A stretch of 64,000 nt of DNA, taken from the NCBI RefSeq assembly GCF_009914755.1, contig NC_060927.1, one strand, 5' to 3'. Made by a program: the position numbers and the translations under genes. The notes beneath the pieces were generated by a model, which saw nothing but the letters and a program-made list of their open reading frames with translations, was not told the origin of the DNA and did not search any database. Source of the DNA: the human T2T-CHM13v2.0 reference genome, Homo sapiens. How positions within the stretch are numbered: the stretch's first letter is position 1; each line of letters opens with the position of its first letter. Shown piece by piece: positions 1 through 14,250 of this stretch.

Positions 1-704
1 CTTCAAGAAGCCAGCACTTTAGACTAATGGGACCTACTTTGATCTTAGAGAACAGAACAGTTTTCAAACATTCCAACTGTGCTTCCCTGATTTTGTGTGT
101 CTGTGTTTGTGGTCCTTGAAATAATAGAGAAGGAAGGTTTTTACCTAGCAACACATTTTCAATCTGCTAGGCAACACCTGAGAAGCACCTGAAGGCAGGC
201 AGAAGTCCTCTACTGAGTGGTTTCATTCGCCCCAGCTGAACAGCTGACACGAGCTCCCGAGGCACTCTACTGAGGATAATTAGACTTATACTCAGGGACC
301 GGCAATAAAACATGAAAACAACTATGATATAAAATGAAATGGGCTATCTGTCATAACTGAAGAATAAACTGTGATGGAGATTTAAATCAGGGTATTCTAC
401 AGCCAATGATGAGGGCCAATGGAAAAGAGTGCTTTGGGCAGGAGGTTTTGTACTTTAGACAAAGGTCAGATTTTGCTGTCATTCAATCAGCTGTGTGTTG
501 TGTAGGCAACTTATTATCATTCAGGTTACAGTACAAGAATTTACAAGTGACTCCTCCTCCTCTTTCTCCTTCTTCATCAAAGTAAATTAGAAAATACTGC
601 AGATTATCCCCATATAATATTCCTCTCACTCTTGCTCTGAAATATTTTAATGAATGGGACAGAAGGCGCTAAAATTACAATCAGAAGAGCACATAACTGG
701 AGAT

Positions 705-822
705 GCTGGTTTCTTACAAAAGTACTTATTTCTTTATGTTGTTGTTCTGGTGTGATTATTGATAGTATCCTTTTCAGTTTCAAAAATGTCCTGAGTTGGG
801 CAATTCATCCTCTGGTCACCAG
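705..822 (-). mobile_element. MER81-like hAT-Blackjack MITE, degenerate
   Basis: Minus strand ggtgacca...aattgcccaactcaggacatttttgaaactgaaaagg...aataatcacaccagaacaac follows the recalled MER81 consensus. Confidence 0.6.
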
Positions 823-1468
823 ACACGCACCAACAGTCTATCTCATGAAAGCTGTAACAGCACACGGAGTGGCACAAGTGGGTATGATGCATCGTCCACA
901 TCCACTGACATCACCGATACTGTCGGCCTCCCTCTGCTTAGGCTTCCAAAACACCAGGTCTACCGAGATGCCCAAACAACATTGCAAAGGCAAGGTTATG
1001 AGAAATGCCACACTAGCTGTGGAAAGAGTACCAGTTGATGTTTCCAGTGTAATGAAATGATGCAAACGCCCACTGTATAAAAATTTCCGTCTATCCCTTC
1101 TCTCCTCTTGCAGCCACTTTTTTTTTTAACACAATTGCTACAGCTAATTGTCAATATTAACAACACACGCACACACAATATAAAATATACATATACGTAT
1201 ATGTAATTTGTCCTGCGGCTTCATATGGATTTCAATTCATATCTTCTTCAAACTAACTTATTTTCAGCTTGACTAAAAAGTTGCTAATTCATTCGCCTTA
1301 GCTCATTTTTTTATTTTCAATGAACATTAGTCTCTGGTGGATCCTATAATAAAGCATTATACATTTTAAATATTTTTGAAAGACAGAGGACATTATCTGA
1401 AACACAAAGTCAACCTTTGTAATAAATATAAAAGAAGCGTGCTTTGAGAGAAAGAAGTAAAGAACTAT

Positions 1469-1988
1469 TGAGACAGGAGAATAGGAATTAGGGTAACCGG
1501 GGTTAAGGCATAAACAAAAGAACAACAGGTGCAGCCAATTCGCATAAGCAAAAGAACAGCAGGTGCAGCCAGTTCTAGGCAAGATTGGGCAGCTTACGGG
1601 CCATATCCTCGCTCCTGTGATAACAAGACAGGAGTTTCCAGTTCAGCCTCTGATTGAGGGCCAAGCCTCACTTCAGCCTCTGATTGGTCACAGGCCAATC
1701 CTTCAAAGGGCATAACCAATTGGAGGCCTCTAAAGGGCACGTGGGGGGTGTTGCCAATTCTTTTGGCTTTATAAAGCCCTGGGACCATTGTGGTAAGGAG
1801 ACTCTTGAGCCGCTTGCTGGTGTTTGTTTCTATTCTGTGAGTTGTCTTCGCTCAGTCTGTGCTTTTTCTTTCCTTACTCCGTTCTTCTGTTGCTTTGTCT
1901 TTCATTGCTTCTTTTATTCCTTCGTGTCTTCTGTTCAACATTCCGAGAACCTGGGTAACTAGAACCTGGGCAACTAGATCTTGTAATG
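1469..1988 (+). mobile_element. Solo ERV1 LTR, MER51 family
   Basis: Starts TGAGACAGGAGAATAGG, has multiple CCAAT boxes and TATAAA at 1770, and is flanked by a 4-bp CTAT target-site duplication (TSD). Confidence 0.75.
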
Positions 1989-4900
1989 CTATTTGCCTAT
2001 GAAAATAGGCAAGCTGGAAATATCTAGTAGACTAGAAAAAAGGCTTTCTAGAACTTGAGTGGAGGTATCTATAGAAGATAGGCTAATGTGAAAACTGGAA
2101 GACTGAAACAGTTTGAGGAATTATCTCCCTATAAGCCCACCCCTTCATCTAGTCTTAACTACAATCGTGTCTCATAGACACGGAGATCTATGCACTGAGA
2201 AACTGAACTAGATTTCTGCTGCGCTGGTGCCCCCCGATGGTCTCGCCATTTCATGGCTCATAGTTTTTAGAGGAAAGTCCCTTGGAAAGCTTTTTTTGTC
2301 TCTGACTAAACACAGAAGTAGGATTAAATGGCAGGGCTAAATCTAGCTTCCCTTTTCATCCCCAACCAATCTTGTTTCTCTCCCCAATATCCCATTGAAT
2401 GGCAAAGGGTAATGAGGCTGAAGATGAAAAGAACAACAGCAAAGACTTACTGATGGCTGTCTAAATAAGATAGGACGATTCTGAAATTAAACCCAGTAGG
2501 CAGAATGCTTCTAAAGGCTACCCAGGCCCATGTGCTGAAACCTATTTCGTTAAAGTACTGCTGTGGTTTCTCATTCCACACACACAGTGGTACCTGACTG
2601 AGTACTTCACTGAGAAGCTTGAGCAGAAGATGCGGCTCTGATGTAGTGCTGTTAAGTTCTCTCAGGTAACTTTAGGGTTTTCGACAGCTTTTCCTTTTAA
2701 ACTTAAGGGAGGCTAGATCCACAAACCGAGCACTAGCACAGGCTGGCACGAAACACAGCTTAACTTTCATTTCAGGCGTTGTAGGGGCCTATCTCTCTTG
2801 CTGACAGTTACGGGTGCAGTTTAAGCACAATCTATTTAAGTGGTGCACCTTGCATGGAGATAGACATGTATGGTGAAAGAGGATGGGAGTAACAATGGAG
2901 TCTGTGCCGCAGCCAGTCTCTGCTTTTAGATAATGCTCTGTATCTAGTTACTATAAATTTGGGATAGCCCTGGCGATGAGGATGCTGTGGGACACTGTTT
3001 GCTTCTTTAAATCACCATAACCACTCATAAACCCAGTCTCGAGGAGTTATGCGAGTGTTTTTCTCTGTCCTTTCTCTTAACCTGTTCCCCTTAAATATCG
3101 TTACAAGAAAACGTCCACTGGAGCATACTTCATAGCACTGTGACAGTAGCAGAAGGGAGAAAGTGACTGTTCTAGAGGAACTTCCCCCAGCTCTTAGTTC
3201 CTTTGAGTATTTAGAAAGTGGAGTCCAAAGATTTGTTAGCATTTGAGATGTTAATGGCAGGTTAAAACAATCTAGGCTGCTGGAAGACAAGAGTTTTCTA
3301 TTTAAGTTAACAAGATAATTAAGTTCTCAAATAACTAAAAGTGGCTAGAAGTCAAATCAGTATAAGATGATGGCAAGCTGGTAGGGCTTCTGAATTCAGT
3401 TGAGAACACAATCCTCGTTTTTTAACTTGGTTTTGAACACTTCATTGTCAGCAGTATTTAAATATTAAATTTTAAAAATAGATTCCTAAAGGAGAGTCAT
3501 AACGGGCATCTTCTTAAACCAGCTACTCTTTAAAATCAAAATGCTGTCACTGCCAATAAATAAGTGCAGTGTCTTTTTCTTATGGGTGAGTCAGTTATTT
3601 AGTCTGATTTCAATCTTCTAAGTAACCTTGCGAAATATTAACCACGCTACACAGGCCCCACCCCTGACTGCAGGCAAGCAGAAATTCCCTTCAGATTGTG
3701 TGAATGGAGATAGTTCCAATCTACGTTACATGATCTATACACAATAGTATGTTTTCTGACATTTATTCCTTTGATTCAGAAATTCTTCCTCAAAACCATG
3801 TATTTTGAATTCTAGTTTCAAATATGTCTTTGAAAATATCCATGGCAGGTTTGTGCATAATTTGCATTTTGCTTATTTACCTTGGTTGAGGTTTTTCCTT
3901 AGTTTATTTTTTAATTTTTAGGAAAAAATTCTCAGGTTTTTTCAATCCTAAAAAACCAAATTTAAGGAAGGATAGTTTCTTTGTAGAAAGGTGATTAATG
4001 AAAAATCCCTGTTCTTGCTATTCTGTCATTGAGCTCTTTCAAACAAGCGTCGGAAGACCAACAGACTTAAAGATAACTTGTTTTCTTACAGTACTTAAGA
4101 TCACTCTTGTTTACTTGCGGGATGTGGCTTAGAGAATCCCAGTTCATATTTAGATAATATGAGGAAACCAACGTGAATCCAGTGGGCACAAGTACAATAA
4201 ATGAAAACTTAATTTGCTTTTTAACTAAACTTACAAATACATGTGTTCCTATGCAAGATTTATCTAATTCATAAATTGCAAGAAAACAGGCTAGCTTCCT
4301 TGTACACTTAAATCTCTGAGGCTCCTCACTCAACTTTTGTTTTAGTGGACCCTGCAAATGAGGTAACTAGACCATTGATGAATCCAGAAGAGGGAAGCAA
4401 TTGCCTAAAATGACATCACTACTGTTAGCACGCTAAAAGCCATGGCCACCTACGGATTTTCCCAAGGAGGACTGAGGTGGTGAGGGCTACTTGCATTACC
4501 AATTGTATTCTATATTTTCCACCTTCAAATAGTAAACTAAATTAGTCACACAGGCTTTCCTGAAAAAGCGTCTGATTGCTAATGTGCCTCCCAAATAAGT
4601 AAAAACCCTTTTAAGAAAAATAGACAAGGTTGTGGATTGGCTTTTGAAGTATGGCTTCATCCTTTTTTGCTTTCCTCATGGATTACAAGTTCAATGTGAG
4701 GGGCAGAAAGCCTACCATTTTATTTTTTCAAGATGTGTAAAGGAGAACCACATGCAAGCCTTTTGTGGGGGAACAAACTATAATTCTGTCAAACTGATGA
4801 AACAAGTTATCAAGTAATATCTTAGCTTCCTTCAGGAAAGAATATGTTGGGGCTACATTCTGATAGGATATATTCAACCATAAGCCTTAAAAGCATGAAT

Positions 4901-6888
4901 CCTAAAGGGATATAGAAAAAAGCCTCATAGGAATGCCAATGACGGACTCTCGAATCTTCAGGAGTTTCTGGGAGCATCAAGAATATGGAGTCCAAATTCT
5001 ACCGCTAAGCTGACAGATGACAAAGAGTGTATTACCTCAATGGCTAAATATTTAAGCTTCATGGAGTTTGGAAGATAGTTGACTGTAAATGAGCCAAGAA
5101 TACAAAAAAAAAACTGCCTGTGAAATTATACTGCAGACATAAAATCTCAACTGCCTAAGAGCTCTGGTTCTTCTAAAAGCCGTGGCTGACAGAGCAAATT
5201 AAGCAGTGAGATGTTTACTATGTTTAACAGAGATAAACTGGCAAATGTAGAAGATGTAATTACCCAGCATGTTTTTCTAAAAATGAATTTTAACTCTGTT
5301 CTATGAGGGGGCAAAAACTGCAGGGCACTGATTTTTTTTCTGAAAGTCTCATGTGCTTGGGTAGGATTTTTAAATTATTCAGTAACTTGATAATAAATGG
5401 TCAAATATTGAAAAACCAAGAGACTTTCACTGAGGAAGCAGACCAAAACGGGGGAGCACTTTAGCATTTTCAGCATCTCTGAAAAGATTTCTGGTTGAAG
5501 AATATTGTTTGATCTAGCAAGATATCCAGAGGATTTAGCCTACCCAGGGACAACGCAGTGCTTCACATAGAGAAAATTAGCCAGTTAAAGCTGACTTGGG
5601 ACTCTATAGTGAATGTCATACAGATGACCTCCCACCACAAAAACTAACCTGTACCTTACTGTAAATCATATCATTTATATTTGTCTTGCATGCAATAGGA
5701 GATAATTACTGACTAAAATATTCAAAGATGTTTACATGGTGAAACCATCAGCTTGATTTATTAACCTGGATGCTTTTCTTATTAAATAGCAACAATAAAT
5801 GGAGAGTTCCAAGCCAGCTTCTTGGAAGAAGATACTATTACTAAAAAACTTGTTTTTCTATGTAGATATTCTAATAAGCTAAAAACTTCTCTAAGCCAGC
5901 ACTGGAATAAATACAAAGATTATTCACACATCTAAAAATATTACAGTAACCTGAAAGATAAGTGAAGACTTCTCCCCCTAAGGAATTTCTTGGGCCTGTC
6001 CTAGGAGGGCTATCTCCTTTGCAATATGTTACGACAGGAAATCGTCCATTTTTGCTTGTGTGTGTGTGTGACAGTTGTAGAAAATATATACTAGCCTAAT
6101 AGCGGTAGTGTTTAAATGTCTGAATCCCCTGTTAGACTATAAACTCATTCAGGTCTGGGAGTCCTCCTTAGAATAGTGTCTGACACATTGGAAATGTTCA
6201 ATAAATAATTGTTAAACGAATGAATGAAACAAAAGGCAAATGTCTAGATACCTATGTTGTGATTAGAAAAAGATTTAAACAAATGCCAAAGGTACTTTTT
6301 TTCCTACCAAGAGGTCATCATTTGCATACATAACATTCATACACAGTTCCAAGTCAGCTTTAAATGGCTGGTTCCTCTGTGTGAGCCACTGCTATGGTCC
6401 CTGGTGGTAGACTCCCACAAGCTGCCTCCTATATGCAGATTAAGACCTCAGCTGCTTGATAGTTCACACAGTCACCTCACCCAGGCCTCGCAGGAGAAAC
6501 CTTGGGACTGTGCAGGAGACCTAGGGCTGTGCAGGAGGAGTTTCACAAATGTTTTGGCAGCAGGGAACCAGCAGCAGCAGAGATGAAATGACTCGCCACT
6601 CTTCGGGGCACAGGATCTAGCTATGTCAAGCATTCATTTTCACTTTATTTTGATAAAATGTTTTTATGGACCATGACAATGAACATGGAGCTTGGTAACA
6701 AGAGAAACGTAAGTTCTGAAACTCAGCTACTCAACTGATCTGGCCTCAGTTTCCTCCTACATAAGATGAGAATAAGAAGGAAATTGACTATCTAGGATTC
6801 GTTGCCAAGTCCAAGTGAGATTGTGGATGTGTAAACACTTGTCAAGCCATAAAACACTCTATAATGTATAAAGTTATAAAGGCATCTT

Positions 6889-7395
6889 TGTGGTAGAATG
6901 ACTGCAAATATGGTACCAATTATCCTTCTACCACTTTTTGCACTGTGCCTTTGAAGTTCCTACTATCAACAGGTGAAGTCTATTCCTCATCTCTGTAATC
7001 TAGCCTGGTCTTGGAATTTGCTTTGGTTCATAGAAAACAGCAGAAGTAATCGTGTGCTAAATTCTGACCCAAGGCCTCAAGGTAACTTCCTTTGCAAATA
7101 CATTTGCTCTCGGAACACTACCACTGGCAGAACAAGCCTGGATTAGCCTGATTGGGAAGTAGAGATCATGCGGAGGAGAGTTTAGTTGTCCCAGATGAGG
7201 CCATCCTTGTCCACCCTTCAGCAGCAAACACAGCCAAGATCCAGCAGAGCTCCCTACCTGACCCATAGCTGATGGCTTGTCTCTCTTACACTTGCCAAGA
7301 CCAGTAGATCCATCCAGATTCATTAGGAAAGATAGGCTTGATTGTGTTTAAACCACTGGAGTTTGGGGGTAGTTTGTATGTAGCAATAACTCAGC
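6889..7395 (+). mobile_element. MLT1-family MaLR solo LTR
   Basis: tgtggtaga... start and ...gtttgggggtagtttgtatgtagcaata end typical of MLT1. Confidence 0.6.
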
Positions 7396-8389
7396 ACTAG
7401 CCTCCAACCAGAGTCCATGGGGGGGACATGTCAAAGGAGAGGGGTAATAAGTAGAAAATGTGTGGGTCTTGAGAATCAATGACAGCTGTTTCAGCATTAC
7501 CCCTCAGCTTCCTCCATTTCCAGGGTGTTGGTGGTAGTCACAACTTCTGGCTCACCTCGAGACTAAGGCTGAGAACTTCTGATCTCAGTAGAAAGACTGC
7601 TCTTAATTCAGAGTGCCATGTGAACCGCTATACCTCTGCTCCCAAAATGTGATTGAAAAAATAAGAAATGGCCTCCTGGACCTTCATCAAATATCTAAGT
7701 ATGCTGTCTCAATCAAGAGTCAAATACTCAGATCTCCTTTTAAATATAGCCTCTGAAATCAACCTACCCAGCCTGACATTTAAAAATCAGCTGATAAAGG
7801 CAGGAAGGGATTAGTTAGCAAAAGTGGGAAAGTGAATAGATCAGAGGCTAGATCATCAGAAGCCTATAAAAAGCATAAATGCTTAGGACAATTCGCATGG
7901 AAAGTGAAAAGAATTAAAGACATGAAAGGGAAACCAGTTAGTCTCTTTATGAGCAGGTATATCCTTGCTCACAGAACTCTGGCTGTGTACAGCCTTAAAG
8001 CTAATGTAATGCTATTAGTAAATATTGAGGATGATTACAGGCCCATGGATTAGTGGATTTCTGCTTTAAGTTTGCTGTTTATTTTCTAGGGCACATAACC
8101 CCCCCACAGAGAATGAGTAAACACAGAAGGACCTAGAATTCCAATCATCCAAATAGTTCTTGGGATTAGTAGATCAGATTCACAAAATCACAAGAATTTG
8201 AAGGAGTTCTACAACTCCTACAAATGTAGTCCCCTCCCCTGTTTAAACAGTTCTAGTCCGTATCTTCTGGATCCCAAGACTTCCCTCTTCTCTTACCAGA
8301 ATACACTAATAGCAAAGCTGCTCAGATTATCAGCAGTTCAGCAAAATCAAAAGGAATATCTGAGCTTAAGATGGGTCAGTTACCCAGTA

Positions 8390-9090
8390 CCAATAAATGC
8401 AGATAACACTTATTGAGCATGTTACCATGTGCTGAGTACCATGGTGTTTATTCATTAATCCAAATTTGTTTTCTCAATTCCATGAGTTAAGTATTAAACT
8501 AATTTTATAGACGAAACTTCTCAAGATGCAGTAGCTTGCCCCAAAAGCTTCATAGCTTTCATAGTTTCCTGCACAGCCAAGAGCAAAACCAAATCTGGAT
8601 GATACCAAACTACTCTCTCCAACCATCAAACATCATGCCTTGGCTTTACTCAACATTCTTTGCCTTTGTAGTACATTCCTATCTGCCAAGTACTATCCAC
8701 ATACAGTTGCATGCACCAAGTATGTATTCTTAGTGAACACCTTTGACAGCTTGGTGGAGCACTCCACTCTCTGAAAGAGCCCCTTCTTAGCTGATGAGTT
8801 TTCTCTGGGCTATTCTTTGCAGCCTCCCTCCAGCTCTTCCTTCCGTCAGATCTCCATTTCCTACACTTTGCTCCGTATTGCCTTTTATCTTTTTTCCTGT
8901 CTTCCCCTCTCCTCAGGAAGAACCACAATGATTGTGCTTGAGAACTTTAGAATCAGATTGGCTCTGAGTAACTGACAAAAAAACATGAGATGGTAACTAC
9001 CTCATAGAGGGTGGTTGAGAGGACGCTAAATGAGATCATATATGTAATGGGCTTAGCACAGTATAAGATAACATGGTAAATGCTTAAATA
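8390..9090. mobile_element. Two MIR fragments (about 8390-8630 minus; about 8960-9090 plus)
   Basis: acttattgagcat...tgtgct and ctacctcatagagggtggttgagagga...aaatgagatcatatatgtaa are MIR core motifs. Confidence 0.55.
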
Positions 9091-10151
9091 TAAATGTGGA
9101 CCTTCTACGAATATATCAACTTGGTGGAAGAAGAGAGTAAAAACTATTCCTGGATTCTTATCACTGAGATAAAGGTTTTCATGGTGACTCCATTCAAGAG
9201 GACTCCATTGTATTTCCATAAAGCAAGTATTTATTTATTGCCTCATAATGAAGTACTTTCATAAACAGAATCCTATGCCATCCTTGCCATTAGGCAGCAC
9301 TTTGTAAAAGCTGGTACAAGTGTCGCCCTTTTGATAGTCTTCCCTGAGCTTCCAGTGGAATATATAGGGGATTTGAGTCAACATTTGATCTCCTTCTAAA
9401 GTCCCTTCCTATATTGCAGAGGCTTACACATTTCCAAAACTCTCTTGCAGTTAGTCTGATGTAATTTAAAGTGAGCCAGCCAGACGTACCTGCACATAAG
9501 CCATAATTTCAAACTTGAGTTAGGTGGGAGAAGAGTCATAATGATTAAAAATCCGTTTTTTTTTTCCAGTGCAGATCACGATGGAGCTGGTTGGATTTAG
9601 TGCTGGCATCTCTTAAGGCAAATCCACAATTCGACAGGCCTCTGCAGATTGGAGCAGAAGCAGCAGCTCCCTGGGCAGCCCAGTTCTAGGGTAGGACTTA
9701 GACATCTGTCTCTTTAGCTGTCACAATGATTATGTAAATCTTTAATTCTCTATAAATCTTTTTCTTCCAAAATTAGCCAGAGTATATTCTACTCCCTGCA
9801 CTTGATTTCTAAACAATAGCTAAGAGGAGCTCTTGCCCTTCTTTCTGTACCTCCAGTACTTGTTCCTGCTCATAATTCTTGTTACACTGGACATTTTATT
9901 ACAGTAACTCTTAGAAACATTTATCTTTTCCTCAAGTTGAAAGCTTGATGGAAGGTGCTATGTCATTTTCACCTTTGATATTTCCCATAGTGCTTGGCAC
10001 AAAGCATTTGCTGAATTGAACTGAGACACGTTCCCACAGTAACACTGTGGTAAGCTAAAGCCTAATTTTGAATTGTCACTGGGTTTTATTCCACATTTTG
10101 TACATTGCTGAACTATGCCTAAACCTGTTTTTAAAAGTGACCATCTTTATT

Positions 10152-10580
10152 TGTGGTAGATTAGGTCCTTCAGAAATACGCATATGTATCCTCACTACTT
10201 CACTTCCTTAGAAGTAACATTTCCCTGCTCGACTGCCATTGGATTTGTGCATATGGCTGGATTTGGCTAACTGTAGCATAGTCTCCAATATCTTTTAAGG
10301 TTGGGCTTAGTTATGAGATTCACTATGGCCAAGCTAATGTCGGCAGATATAACAGACTCACAAAATGCTCTTATGCAGGTGGACTTGTGCTCTATGCCTC
10401 TGTCACTCATAAGAACATGCCTCAGTAAGTTGAAGAAAGATTCACGGAGCCACAGCCACTGCCAGCCAAGTCCAGCCTAAATTAGCTACCTAATATCTCC
10501 TTTTTACCTGCAGATTCATGAGTGATAAATGCTTATTGTCTCATATCACTAAAGTTTTGTGATTGTTTCACAGTATTGTC
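10152..10580 (+). mobile_element. MLT1-family MaLR solo LTR (old)
   Basis: tgtggtagat start; ataaatgcttattgt...cactaaagttttgtgattgttt end. Confidence 0.55.
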
Positions 10581-12954
10581 AATAAGTCATGTTTCTAGAG
10601 AAATAATTCTTTCAAAGAAAACTTGGATGTACCAGAAAGAGAAGGCATACCCTGGTATGAAGTTTAATGCTTCCCTGTAGGACACTTCCTTCCTGCACAA
10701 TCATCTTCCTCGAGGTTCATCTCCTTCGTTTCCATAGCAATACATATTACTCATACCCCAGTTACTTACTGGCTTGACCTTACATCTCTTTGTGCCTTAT
10801 CAATAGATGTTCCTCAATTTTTGCTTCTCTTCATTAAGCTTTAGTCTCTTTTAAATATCATTTTCAGGGACTTGTATCACTCTGTGAAACTCCTAAATTC
10901 TGTCCAACCCTGAACTTGTCATAGCCACCAACTTCTAGCTACCAACAGACTGTGTCTAGCTGGCATTCCTCCTAACATCTTACATAAAACTCTCCAAACC
11001 ACATCCAGCAATATTTCGTTCTGTTTCCTCTTTCTCTTACCATCTTCCAGGCCATCTATACACAAAATCTGTTATCTTCCTCTCACCATACCAGACTCCA
11101 AATTTAATAATTACTACGTATCTTAAGTGCTCTGACAAACATTCCAAAGGATTTAGGCTAGTGAAGCTTCTAATTTGAAGGAATACTATTTGAAATCATT
11201 CTTGTAAAGCAATGAGTGGTTTTGGTTATGTGACTTGGCCCTGAATTGATTCTCTAATCTTGGGACTTCTCCACATGTTTTTCTTCAGGTGGGGGCAGGG
11301 TGATGATGGACAGCCTGTGGAGCCTCAAATATACTGATAAAGATGTCAAGCAGTCATTTGGTAGAAAGGAAAGGACATAGGGAAACTGGCCATTCCTGCT
11401 TCAACTGGAAAATTAAAGGCTGATGTCCTGTGCTGTTCTAAAAAATCAATGGCTAATAAAAAATTATATTTACCTAGACTGGCAAAACAAGGATTAAAAT
11501 TTACCATGCAGAACACAACCCACAAAACATTTTGCAACTAGTATTGTATACTTTGAATGGAAAAAAGCTATCGGGTTTCATATAGGCATTTAATGAAGGA
11601 TCTCTGAAGAGACCCTGGACGTAAATCTTTATATTGTATGCTTTATTTACTTTAATAAAATTCCAGCTTTCCTCTAAATCAGGCTATATTTCTATCACAT
11701 TATACATTGAGAGACGTTCTATCGTGGATAGCAATGAGAATTCTGAGTCTCCAGGGAGAAGACAGCTAGAGCCTCTCAGAGCTCAACAAGCTAAGCTAAA
11801 ATTGACTCAATATTGGTGAATTCTAGACACAAACAACTAAGTTAACCAAATATATGTGGGACTTATTGACAAAACAAGTAGCCAAGTCTTCTTCCAGGCA
11901 CCCAGTGTCGGTGGCGCACACACATTTTCGCAGTCAATTAACTACAGAACCTGGGGGATAGATATGTTTTTACTGCATGGTATATTTTAGCTCCTATACT
12001 AGCCAAATTTTTAGTGCAAAGAATTATTGGGTAAGCTTCCTTCCCTGAATCTGAAGCTGACCTTTGTTCTGTGTCCAGGAAGTCTGAGTCTAAACCAAAC
12101 TTTATCCAATTGAAACTATCAATCCTCATCAGTCTGTAGTAACTTTTTAAAAAAGGAATGAGATTTTTTTAGACATATCCATTTGTGTGTGAGGGAAGTA
12201 GACAGAAAGTAACATCATTAGACCAGTAAGTAAAAAATCTGGAACACTTTTTCTACCTTATCACTAGAGCATCCCCTCCACCTAGTAGCTCTACCAATTA
12301 GATTCAAACCTATGGTCAATATTTTGAATGGCAATCTTGAAACAGCACAACACAAATGCTGCATTTCACAGGATATATAATATGAAGTTTATATGCATGT
12401 GTATATGTATTATATGTATATAATATCTGGGGCCATGGGAGTGAGAATCTAATAGAGTATCTGAAACCAAGGCACAAAAGAGCCGAGACAGTGAGTACAG
12501 GTCTTGCAATGTGACGTGGGTAGGTGAGAGGTCTGGATGCAGGAGACAGTCTACATCACCAAATGTCTTGACTGCCCTGCTTAGGAACCCATGTTTTATA
12601 GAGAAGGCAGCAGGAAAGTTTTTACATAGTGGAATTTGAAGGAGTCAATGGCTGTTTATGCAAGGCCTCTAACAGTGAAGAGAAGAGGGGCTTGGGGTAG
12701 TGACGATGCTAGGAGTAAGTGAATTATGTTGAGAAGGTTCATGGCAGTAATCTAGGTGAGAAAAGAGAAGTGAGGACATATGCTTTAAAAGGCTTCCTTT
12801 TCTACCTGGTAGTTCAATATATAAGGGTCCTTCGAAGACTAAAGTTTTCATGCGATTTTTGAATTGTCAAGCATGAAAAAATACACAAAGCATATCTGAA
12901 CTCATGTACTTCAACAAACAACTTCAAAGTCAGATTAGAAACTTAACATTTTTA

Positions 12955-13552
12955 TAATAAACTTTTAACTTTTGTGGGCTCCATAGTAGGTGTATATAAT
13001 TCTGGGGGTACATAAGATGTTTTGATACAGGCATGCACTGAAATAAGCACATCATGAAAAATGAGGTATACATTCCCTCAAGCATTTATCTATTGAGTTG
13101 CAAATGTCCCAACCACACTTTTTAAGTTATTTAAAAATGTAGTTATTGAATAGTCACTCTACTGTGCAGTCATAATAGGTCTTCTTCATTCTTTTTATTT
13201 TGGATCCATTAACCATGCCCACCTCCCAGATCCCCACTATCCTTCCCACTCTCTGGTAACTATCTTTCTAGTCTCAATTGTTTTTGATTTTTAGATCCCA
13301 CAGATAACTGAAAACATGTGATGTTAGTCTTTTCCTTGCTTTATTTCACTTAACATTACAATCTCCAGTTCATCCATGTTTCAAATGACTGGATCTCATT
13401 CTTTTATGGTTGACTAGTATTCCATTGTGTATATGTACCATACTTTATCTGTAGATGGACACTTAGGTTGCTCCCAAATCTTAGCTATTGTAAACAGTGT
13501 GCTACAACAAACATGGGAGTGCAGTTATCTCTTCCATATACTGATATCATTT
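12955..13552 (-). mobile_element. L1MA-type LINE-1 3' end fragment
   Basis: atagtaggtgtatat...ttttgatacaggcatgca...cattccctcaagcatttatc...gatggacacttaggttg matches the reverse complement of an L1MA 3' UTR and ORF2 end. Confidence 0.8.
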
Positions 13553-13634
13553 TAGGTTGACAATTAAAAATCTAGCACCATAAATAGGTAAAGTCATGTG
13601 TCAAGTAGAACTCTGTATGTGTATTTATACATAT

Positions 13635-14250
<616 letters not shown>

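Noticed and set aside
233-246. Paired CAGCTG E-boxes (also near 21682 and 21708) and MEF2-like CTATAAATAG at 25269
   Set aside because: Short motifs are frequent by chance, one lies inside a MER20B, and there is no independent support.
650-1065. Three overlapping ORFs (136, 80 and 75 aa), one preceded by an acceptor-like ttttcag
   Set aside because: No recognisable protein similarity, and the apparent acceptor lies inside a MER81-like element.
1188-1205. Perfect 16-18-bp palindromes (here, 24030-24045 and 41222-41239)
   Set aside because: AT-rich, mostly alternating low-complexity sequence; expected by chance.
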